Source of the DNA: a virus
Reading direction: 5' to 3' (one strand)
Virus record (IMG/VR): IMGVR_UViG_3300027863_000019
Span: 32,001 to 96,000 of that record
DNA: 64,000 nucleotides
Position numbers and translations under genes: made by a program. This document shows, in pieces, positions 56,235 through 64,000 of the stretch (positions within the stretch are counted from its first letter, which is position 1; the number at the start of each line of letters is the position of its first letter). The notes beneath the pieces were generated by a model. The model had not been told where the DNA came from. It saw only the letters and a program-made list of their open reading frames with translations, and did no database searches.

Positions 56235-57695
56235 ATGAGTCTTTTGGCGGACGTTTGTAAGGCATTACAACCAGTCAATAAGAAGGTTATGCTAAAGCCG
56301 GGGTCAAACTTGACTCCAAAAGACGCAGCCTCACGTTCGTTATTTTACGAATATACGGCACCTCCAATTAACTTTAACATGCTACTCAATATTTACACCC
56401 AGAACCCTTGGGTGTATGCTGCTGTGTACCTAATCTCAAGTACCGCGTCTTCGGTACCTTTTTCTTTATATACTCGTAAAGCTCGTCACCCACTTGATCC
56501 AGATCACTGGCTTTGGGATATAGTAAAGCAAGCCAATCCTTGGATGACCTTTACCGAATTGTTAGAGTATACCTTCTTGAGTTTAGAATTAATTGGTAAT
56601 GCATTTTGGGAAGTTGTAAGAAATGAAAATGGTTATGTAAGAGAGATTTATTTCTTAGACCCCGCACAAATGAGAATCATTCCGGATGCCATAACCTACG
56701 TTAAAGGATATGTATATGAAGTAGGAGATCAAAAGATCTATTTTAATCCTGACGAAGTCATTCATTTTAAATATCCTAATCCATCAAACGAATATTGGGG
56801 TTTGGGTTGTCTTCAACCTATTTGGCAACAGTTGATGTTAGATTATGCTGCCAACGAATATAATTCAAGATTTTTTGCTAACGATGCTACACCTGGTGGA
56901 GTTATCGTCACTCCTCGAATTTTAACAGATACAGTTTACAATCGCTTAGTTTCTAAATGGGAGAACAGGCATAAAGGATCTTCAAGAGCATTTAATGTAG
57001 CTATCCTTGAAGATGGAATGGATTTCAAACCTATCGCTGTTACTCCGCAAGAAGCCTCATTCTCTGAAATGAGGAAGTCGGTACGAGATGCCCTTTTTGT
57101 TGGAATGGGAGTTCCTCCCGTATTAGCTGGTGTGCCTGATGTAGCAAACTACTCAACTGCTCGGGTCGCACAAGCTATTTTTTATGATAGCACTATCGCA
57201 CCTAAACTTAAAAAGGTCGGTAGTGTTATTGATCAGAGACTCATTAAGCCTTCGGATCCAACGGTAATAGGCGCATTTGATACTTCTACTGCTCCTATTA
57301 ATGTCATTAAACTTTCTGCTAACTCAAGAATTGTAGCTCGTCTTGTGCAAGCAAAATTAATGACCTTGAACGAAGCTCGATCACTTTTAGGCTTACCACC
57401 AGTAGTTGGCGGAGATAAACTTCCCGGATTGGATTATCAGTTAGAAGACGTTTCAGGTGTTCCAGCTAGCGAACCGAGTGCTCCAGAAAGACCGTTAACT
57501 CCGGTGGGAGTAGGATCTGGTAACAGTGAAACTGATCCAGGAAAGCCTCCTTCAGATAGTGGAAGAAATGACGGGAGCCAGGACGGTGAAGGTTCAAAAC
57601 CTAGTCCTCAATCTGCTGGTCCTGGATGGATTCCTGGAAGCGCTGGAGATTCATCACCGCAAGCTGCTACTGGTGAAACTGAGGACAGCGACTAG
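56235..57695 (+). CDS. HK97-family portal protein
   Basis: WVYAAV, NPWMT, GNAF, EVIHFK..P...YWG, FF.N.ATPGG, GVPP..G, MTLNEAR. Confidence 0.93.
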   Translation: MSLLADVCKALQPVNKKVMLKPGSNLTPKDAASRSLFYEYTAPPINFNMLLNIYTQNPWVYAAVYLISSTASSVPFSLYTRKARHPLDPDHWLWDIVKQANPWMTFTELLEYTFLSLELIGNAFWEVVRNENGYVREIYFLDPAQMRIIPDAITYVKGYVYEVGDQKIYFNPDEVIHFKYPNPSNEYWGLGCLQPIWQQLMLDYAANEYNSRFFANDATPGGVIVTPRILTDTVYNRLVSKWENRHKGSSRAFNVAILEDGMDFKPIAVTPQEASFSEMRKSVRDALFVGMGVPPVLAGVPDVANYSTARVAQAIFYDSTIAPKLKKVGSVIDQRLIKPSDPTVIGAFDTSTAPINVIKLSANSRIVARLVQAKLMTLNEARSLLGLPPVVGGDKLPGLDYQLEDVSGVPASEPSAPERPLTPVGVGSGNSETDPGKPPSDSGRNDGSQDGEGSKPSPQSAGPGWIPGSAGDSSPQAATGETEDSD

Positions 57696-57738
57696 TCTCT
57701 GAGTAGAGGAACACTATGAAAGCAAGGGGCATAGTCTA

Positions 57739-58869
57739 TTGAAGCTAAATCTTATAACTCCAACGTCAATTAGAAAAGTTAGCGACCGCGAACTGCTTTC
57801 GCTGCATTTTCGTTTGCATGAATTGGCTGCCCCTTTTATTAGAAAGAACGATTTAGAGAATCCAAAATTTCAAAATATCGTTCTACGCCACAAAATAATT
57901 ACGTTTGAAATGATTCGCCGCGGAATTAGGTACCGCATTGTAGACTTATTAGATAAGCTCGCTTATCCTGAAGTCGAAGATTTCGCCAGTCGTTTCTCTC
58001 AATTGATTCCAAGTAAGCTCCAAGACCTTCCTAAAAGCGAATTGATCAAGCTTCATAATCAATTACATTCTGTTTGGGAAATAGTTCATTTGAGAGACGT
58101 TACCGTTCAGCAACAAGAACAATTGTGGAACTGGCACCGTTTAGTAGAACGTGAACTTCAGAATAGGGGAACCGAGGTTCCTCAGAATTGGGATTCTTTA
58201 GATAGGCCACTGGGAAGAGCAATGAATGCAGGAACTAGAACTCATCCTTCGGGTGAAGAGCAAGGTCCTTGGGTTTTTGTTGAGGATGTTATCAAATATA
58301 TTCCATCTCAAACTATTGTCCTTGAACATGCGGCTTTGATCGATTCTCAAAAGAAATTGATTTGGCTCTCAGATATGGGAGGCAGCCAACTCATTAAAGT
58401 AATGTTCTTTAGAATCCTTCGCCAATTTCCGCGTGAAGAGTGGGGAGCATTTAAAACTGTGGGGTTAGATCAAATGACCTCAATAGATGTAGCTTATGAT
58501 CTAGTCCTAAAGAAATTAGATCCATTGCTAACGATTCAATTAAACCTGCAATTTGAGAATCTTTGTTTGGTTAAACCTTATTTATATTTCGTTGGTGGTA
58601 TGGCGACACAGGGAGCATCGAAGAACGATATTGATGTAATGCTTCGTAAAGGCCTTGAACCTCAACTCGAACAAAAGATTTTTCACTCATTCATAGGTAG
58701 ATTTCCCGAACGATTTAGAACTCGATTTACGATGGTAGATGACTCTGGTCTATCACCCTTTACAAGTTATATTGGAGTAGCTTCCCTTGATCTTATGCGC
58801 TCTTTTAAAGTTCAACTTCCCGACTCGGATGAGGCAGATATGGAGATTCCCAATGGCAACGGATCGTAA
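57739..58869 (+). CDS. head-module protein with C-terminal nucleotidyltransferase-like motif
   Basis: Duplicated EL..LH..LH helix unit; YFVGGMATQG.S.NDIDV (pol-beta-type G[GS]..DxD). Confidence 0.6.
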   Translation: MKLNLITPTSIRKVSDRELLSLHFRLHELAAPFIRKNDLENPKFQNIVLRHKIITFEMIRRGIRYRIVDLLDKLAYPEVEDFASRFSQLIPSKLQDLPKSELIKLHNQLHSVWEIVHLRDVTVQQQEQLWNWHRLVERELQNRGTEVPQNWDSLDRPLGRAMNAGTRTHPSGEEQGPWVFVEDVIKYIPSQTIVLEHAALIDSQKKLIWLSDMGGSQLIKVMFFRILRQFPREEWGAFKTVGLDQMTSIDVAYDLVLKKLDPLLTIQLNLQFENLCLVKPYLYFVGGMATQGASKNDIDVMLRKGLEPQLEQKIFHSFIGRFPERFRTRFTMVDDSGLSPFTSYIGVASLDLMRSFKVQLPDSDEADMEIPNGNGS

Positions 58870-61717
58870 GCATAATTTACTTGAAGCGCAATATGAAGCT
58901 AAGACTAACAAGCTGATTGGTCCAGGTCACTACTTCTTTCCCTGCAAAACCACTCTCTCGATTACCGCTTACCGTGAAGCTGAAGTTTTCAATATGGAGG
59001 CACTTATTGAGTACGTTCACGCCTGGCAACAGAAAGCGAAAGAGCAAATCATTATCTCGGTGGAGGGAAAATATGATGGTAATTCGTGCTATCTTCAAAG
59101 AGACTCGCATGGAAATTTCTATGTGTTCACTGAAGATGGTGCTGAAGCGACCGCGAGATTCCCTCACCTGATTGAGTATGCGAAAACCAATTTTCCGAAA
59201 GTTGATTATATTTTAATCGGTGAAGTTGAGAAGTGGGTGATGATCGATGGCGTCTCAACTCATCAAGGAAGAGAAGTCGTTGCCGGTGAATTACATTCAA
59301 CCAATACTCCTCCGCAAGATGATCATTACGTTTGGAATATGCATGATTGTGTTTGGTTTGATGGCCAGGACTTGCACACTCAAAATTATTGTGATCGTTA
59401 TACTTTGATGGAGAAAAAGTTTCCATTTAAGTACTCTCTACTCACTAGAATGAAACCTGGATCATTCAACCTAGTCCCGAATTTCGTTTGTAAGACGGAT
59501 GAACAAATCAAGGCCGCTCTTGGAAAGCTACTTCCAATTGCACCTCTTGAAGGTGCAATGGTGAAGTGGTGGAATGGATTTCCTTACGAACTCGATGGTA
59601 GAACAAATCAAGTTTGTAAATATAAGAAGTATGCTGAAGCCCATCTTCTCGTTACCAGTAAACGTCTTGTTAGCGGCGCTGATCAGACATTTCAATACGA
59701 TGTTGCTATTGAAGTACTTCCGACTGAAATGGATGAAGTTGATCAAAAATTCGTTTCGAAATATCATGATATGGATGTCATGGTTGTAGCGAGAACATTC
59801 AATACGAATGTTAAAGCCGAGATTGGCGATATCATTACTGTCAAGTTTCACAACTTGTTTGTCCATAAGAATGACGAGGGTAAATACAAATTAGATATTT
59901 ATGAACCTCGCGTCTATGAAAATCGTACCATCGCGAATCCTGAAGAAAAGCCCGATACTGTTACTACGATTATGAAGATTGGAATGGATGCTCAGATGCT
60001 TTCCTTTAAAGGAATGTTTACCGAGAATGATACTATTCCTTTCGAACTCGTTAAACAGATTGATCTTTTCTCTCAATATCCTAATGAGGACCAAATTCAC
60101 AAGTTCATTATCCATCATCACTGGAGAGGTATGACAACTCATGGTGATCTTCGTATTGAGCATGTGAATAATCAAGTGCTCTTAGGATATACTTTAAATA
60201 TTATGGCAGACAATGTCGTGAAGGAACCAGTTTTAACATTGGCTGAAGCTGAAGCCTGGGCGAAGAAACCCGAGCTTTGGAAGTTTGATGTCCAGACTGG
60301 GAAGTTCCTTACGCGCGAAACTCATGGTGGAACTAAGAAAGCAACATCAATCTTAGTTGAATTGAAAGAGCCTGAACCATTAGAGTGGCTTACCTTTGAA
60401 GGTGTTGTTGCTCCTGGCAATGTAGGATCAACGAAACAGTACCCCGGAGTATTTTACATTGCATGTCAAGGCACCGCAGAATATGGTTTCAGAAATGGTT
60501 ACTTCCAAGAGTATTGGTTCCATGTACCTAGTTGGGATAGTGGTGGTCAACGCTTACTCTTCCGACAACTTTCGTCGAACTTGCAAGCCAACTTGCCCAT
60601 CGAAAAGTTCCTACAATGGGCTTTCGATGTTGAAAACGTGGTGGACGTTTATATCGTAGGTGGTGATTATATTACTTGTAAGTATGGCGATGTACAGATT
60701 CCTGATGGTGCAACTTTCAAGAATGATACTATATCATTTAAAGATGCTGTTCTTCCACCATCGGAAGGTGCTACAATTCGAACACCAACTATGTGGCTTT
60801 TGATTAAACCTAACGATGATAAACCATATGTCTTATCTCATCGTGCTGTACAAAAACAAAGAATTACTCCTTATGGTGCTTCGGGGCTACCTAAGAAAAT
60901 TAGAGATCAAATCCCTGCGGAGTTCCATTATTGGACTGTTAAAGATATTCCTACCCGATTAAAAGTTAGGGATGGTCTTGTAACAGCAATTAAACATCAT
61001 CAAGTGAAAGTTGATTACAGTGGGATCTATAAAAGCTTAGAGCTAATGAAAGCTTTAGATTGGAAGTCCTTGCATTGTGGAACGATCACGAAAGATGAAA
61101 TCAAACAATACTGCACTCGTTCTGATTGGCAGGATGTGCGTATTGAACTCAAAGGTAAAACTTTAGAAGAGAAGTTTAAAACCTTAAAGAATTGGTTGGA
61201 AAAACATAATCACTCAAGAGCTTCCCAAGTTCAAGTAACTAACTATATTAACGCTTTGGCAAGAAGTGGTTTGATTAGCCTAAAAGCAAAAGTGGATCGT
61301 AAGTTCGTTTTAAATAGAAGGACTTGGAGAGGGCCAATTCACGTACGTATTGGTTTTAGTGCTGAGCTTTATGACCTTTGGATTGATGATGGTGATAGCG
61401 CCTACTTATGGACTTTCAATAGCAATCCAATTCTCTTTGAGTCTGCAACTGGTACATTTGAAAAGATTAAGAATAAAAAGCTAATGAATCAACTCGGACA
61501 AATAGCTCCTGGAACTGACTTAAATCCAAATAAAGCTATTCCAGTTACCATCGAACGAGTGGCAGAAGGTGAATTGCTCTTGCTTATCGATGAAGACAAT
61601 CTCAAGAAATTCCAAGTAAACACCAAGGAATGGAAAGGGTTATATCTTTTAGAGCAGGATGAAAATACCAACATTTGGACAATTCAAACCACAGGAAATG
61701 TTGGCGAAAAGATGTAA
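58853..61717 (+). CDS. ATP-dependent ligase-like multidomain protein
   Basis: EGKYDG (motif I), ILIGE, HDCVWFDG.DL, EGAMVK, KYK; later HHHWRG..THGDLRIE resembles LigD phosphoesterase motif. Confidence 0.75.
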   Translation: MATDRKHNLLEAQYEAKTNKLIGPGHYFFPCKTTLSITAYREAEVFNMEALIEYVHAWQQKAKEQIIISVEGKYDGNSCYLQRDSHGNFYVFTEDGAEATARFPHLIEYAKTNFPKVDYILIGEVEKWVMIDGVSTHQGREVVAGELHSTNTPPQDDHYVWNMHDCVWFDGQDLHTQNYCDRYTLMEKKFPFKYSLLTRMKPGSFNLVPNFVCKTDEQIKAALGKLLPIAPLEGAMVKWWNGFPYELDGRTNQVCKYKKYAEAHLLVTSKRLVSGADQTFQYDVAIEVLPTEMDEVDQKFVSKYHDMDVMVVARTFNTNVKAEIGDIITVKFHNLFVHKNDEGKYKLDIYEPRVYENRTIANPEEKPDTVTTIMKIGMDAQMLSFKGMFTENDTIPFELVKQIDLFSQYPNEDQIHKFIIHHHWRGMTTHGDLRIEHVNNQVLLGYTLNIMADNVVKEPVLTLAEAEAWAKKPELWKFDVQTGKFLTRETHGGTKKATSILVELKEPEPLEWLTFEGVVAPGNVGSTKQYPGVFYIACQGTAEYGFRNGYFQEYWFHVPSWDSGGQRLLFRQLSSNLQANLPIEKFLQWAFDVENVVDVYIVGGDYITCKYGDVQIPDGATFKNDTISFKDAVLPPSEGATIRTPTMWLLIKPNDDKPYVLSHRAVQKQRITPYGASGLPKKIRDQIPAEFHYWTVKDIPTRLKVRDGLVTAIKHHQVKVDYSGIYKSLELMKALDWKSLHCGTITKDEIKQYCTRSDWQDVRIELKGKTLEEKFKTLKNWLEKHNHSRASQVQVTNYINALARSGLISLKAKVDRKFVLNRRTWRGPIHVRIGFSAELYDLWIDDGDSAYLWTFNSNPILFESATGTFEKIKNKKLMNQLGQIAPGTDLNPNKAIPVTIERVAEGELLLLIDEDNLKKFQVNTKEWKGLYLLEQDENTNIWTIQTTGNVGEKM

Positions 61718-61822
61718 GCTGGGGACTTCAAAGATAAAAATGTTCCCCCCTACATTGTTAGGAACAAAATAATTCTCGAACTAGGTGGGTCTGCGTTTTT
61801 AGTTCGAGCTTAGGAGAAAATC

Positions 61823-63037
61823 ATGAACGGAAACCTCGCGGTTAAAATTGAAGATGGTCAAGTTGCTTTTGATGATGCGATTTTCGAAATCAAGAAAGCC
61901 GCTGACACCTTCGATGAAGAGGGCCAGCAAAAGAGAATCGTTACTGGCTACGCGGCGGTTGCCGATGTTGTTGATTCGCAGTATGAGTTGATTGCTCGCG
62001 AGGCTCTAGAGGCGGCCTCCAAAGACCTCCTCAAATATACAACTGTACTGTACAATCATGACCCGGACCGCCCAATTGGTAAAGTGCTGGAGGCGGCTCC
62101 ACAGGGAAATGGACTTTTTGTTAAAGTCCAAATTTCGAACACTGAGACTGAGATCTGGGATAAGATCTGCGAAGGTATTATCTCGAAGTTCAGTTTCCGT
62201 GGTGTCATCACTGAGTATGACGAATCTTTTGATAAGAGCTTAAACCGTAACATTACGATAATCAAAGGATTTAAAATCTTCGAAATCTCCCTCGTGTCCG
62301 TTCCCGCAAATCCTGAAGCAAGGACTTTAAACTACTACCTATCCAAAGCACTCGAAGATCAAGTAGAACTACATCGGGAGACTCCTGGTAAAACCGATTC
62401 AAATACTACGGTGAAACAACCTAGTAGTGACGTCGGTGTAGCTGGGGATCAAAACGATAATCCAAACATAGGAGGGTCTGATAACATGCCTAAGATGGAC
62501 CCTGATGACAAAGAAAGGCTAAATGCGATCACCGCAATGTGTGATAAGCTACTCGCTGCCCTCCAGGATATGCCTCACGTGGACGAACGTGTTGTTGCTC
62601 TAGTAAAAAGAATCAAAGATATGGTTGCCGCTTTTGGTAAAGAGGAAGCTGCGGAAGGTGAAGGCGGGAAGCCAGCATCTGGATATCCTCAACCGACTGC
62701 AGACAATCTTGACTTGGAAAACTTTGATCCTGTACAAGAGAAAATGAAATCACGTATCTCCGCCGTTGAAGAGCAGTATGCCGCTCTCGAAAAGAAGTTG
62801 GAGGAACTCCCTGCCGCCCTTGAAGAGAAACTCATCGAGGCCGTAAAAGCCCTCGCGGAGCAGCAAATTACTGAAAAAATCGGCGAGATCGAAAAGAAGC
62901 TAGATGGCCAGACAGAAGTTGTAGCGGGACTAGCTGAATTGTTCGATCTACTTCGTCCAACGCTGGGTCTTCCTGTAGTTGAAAAGCAGCCGGAAGCGTC
63001 AGCTGACGATCCAAATAATCAAGGGGGTGAATCCTAA
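61823..63037 (+). CDS. HK97-type prohead protease with scaffold-like C-terminus
   Basis: GYA, LYNHD..PIG, FSF.G, EISLVSVPANPEA; coiled-coil tail. Confidence 0.92.
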   Translation: MNGNLAVKIEDGQVAFDDAIFEIKKAADTFDEEGQQKRIVTGYAAVADVVDSQYELIAREALEAASKDLLKYTTVLYNHDPDRPIGKVLEAAPQGNGLFVKVQISNTETEIWDKICEGIISKFSFRGVITEYDESFDKSLNRNITIIKGFKIFEISLVSVPANPEARTLNYYLSKALEDQVELHRETPGKTDSNTTVKQPSSDVGVAGDQNDNPNIGGSDNMPKMDPDDKERLNAITAMCDKLLAALQDMPHVDERVVALVKRIKDMVAAFGKEEAAEGEGGKPASGYPQPTADNLDLENFDPVQEKMKSRISAVEEQYAALEKKLEELPAALEEKLIEAVKALAEQQITEKIGEIEKKLDGQTEVVAGLAELFDLLRPTLGLPVVEKQPEASADDPNNQGGES

Positions 63038-64000
63038 TGTCTAACGAACATCTCGAAAAGGCTAAACAACTTGTCGCCAGCTTAGTGCAAGATATGCACA
63101 AGAAAGGCGAAGAAGCCAAAGTTAATGAGATTGTTAGCAAAGCCCTGGATGAACTCAAGAAAGCCGATCCGGGAACCCGGAAGGGCCGGTTTGATACCAA
63201 AGACGCCCTCGACGTAATGAAGGCGTCAACCAATAAAGGTGAAGCAATCCAGAAACTGCTCACAACTCCATCAAGCGACGCGGCGATAAAGTCGTTCCAG
63301 CAAACCGCTGATACAGTTTACCTGTTATCTCAGATGCTGCACACTGACCCGCGCGAACTCAAATGTTTCAAATCACTGGTAGAACACCCAGTAGCTAAAA
63401 CCGCTACCGATTCATATGGTGGTGAGGGCCCGGCGATGCCTACAGCCTCAACCCATTACGGAGCGGACTTTATTCCTCTGGGATTCTCTGCCGAGTTGAT
63501 CGACTACGTTCGCCTGCAGCTGAAAGTAGCTGCGCTGCACAGGCGTATCGATATGCCGACTCCGCAGTACAAACTGCCTGTTCACGGTGGAACAGATATC
63601 ACTGCGTATCTCGTGGGTGAGACTCTTACCACTTCTGCGCCGGAAGGGCGCCCAACAGCGTCACGTCCGACAACGACTGCCGTAACTCTGGATGCCAAGA
63701 AAATCGGTTCTTTGGTGTACTTCTCTGAGGAAATCACAGAAGACAGCATCATCCCGGTTGTGCCATTCTTGAAAGATAGCATGGCTCGCTCAATGGCATT
63801 CGCTCAGGAGAACGCCGTTGTTAATGGTCAAACTACGGCGACCATTGATACTGGTGACGCTCCTGCAGCTAGCGACGTTCGTAAAGCGTTTGACGGATAT
63901 CGCAAGCTCGTTCAGCCTGCTGCGAAAACAGATCTTTCCAGTTGGACAGCCGGTGGAACTTATGCTCAAGGCGCTGGACTTCTTCGTAACATCCGTGCGA
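63037..64000 (+). CDS. major capsid protein (HK97 fold), 3'-truncated
   Basis: Open to window end; GADFIPLGFSAELID, SEEITEDS..., follows protease. Confidence 0.9.
   Translation, partial: MSNEHLEKAKQLVASLVQDMHKKGEEAKVNEIVSKALDELKKADPGTRKGRFDTKDALDVMKASTNKGEAIQKLLTTPSSDAAIKSFQQTADTVYLLSQMLHTDPRELKCFKSLVEHPVAKTATDSYGGEGPAMPTASTHYGADFIPLGFSAELIDYVRLQLKVAALHRRIDMPTPQYKLPVHGGTDITAYLVGETLTTSAPEGRPTASRPTTTAVTLDAKKIGSLVYFSEEITEDSIIPVVPFLKDSMARSMAFAQENAVVNGQTTATIDTGDAPAASDVRKAFDGYRKLVQPAAKTDLSSWTAGGTYAQGAGLLRNIRA

Overview
This window is about 64 kb of a large tailed dsDNA bacteriophage (HK97-fold), with essentially all genes on the + strand. A bacterial host is indicated by an NlpC/P60 endolysin, a sigma-70 factor and lipoproteins. 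Gene order: early genes (VWA-metallopeptidase/AAA pair, tyrosine phosphatase), a non-coding poly-T region, many small Cys-rich genes, replication (SF2 helicase, DnaB, intein-containing primase, UDG-PolA fusion), scattered 7-deazaguanine genes (DpdA/TGT-like, queD, folE with a mini-intein, queC), nucleotide metabolism, a glycan-modification cluster, SbcCD, SSB/RecA, terminase with an intein, portal, a nucleotidyltransferase and ATP-ligase-like pair, prohead protease and the start of the major capsid gene. The most striking element is at 43060-46753: about seven Y-RNA-like non-coding units upstream of a Ro60/TROVE gene. They share a covarying stem scaffold (GG[A/U]AGUGA-N8-11-ACUUC...UUU.CUCC) but carry different internal cargo: a circularly permuted tRNA mimic (YrlA-like), a Met anticodon stem-loop mimic, a multi-branch domain and short loops. 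Also notable are 8-9 dispersed IS200/IS605 right-end (omega-RNA-like) repeats ending ATTCAC with no intact tnpB in the window, and an unexplained three-helix pseudoknot at 28864-28980. All calls come from motif reading and manual base-pairing; no searches were run.
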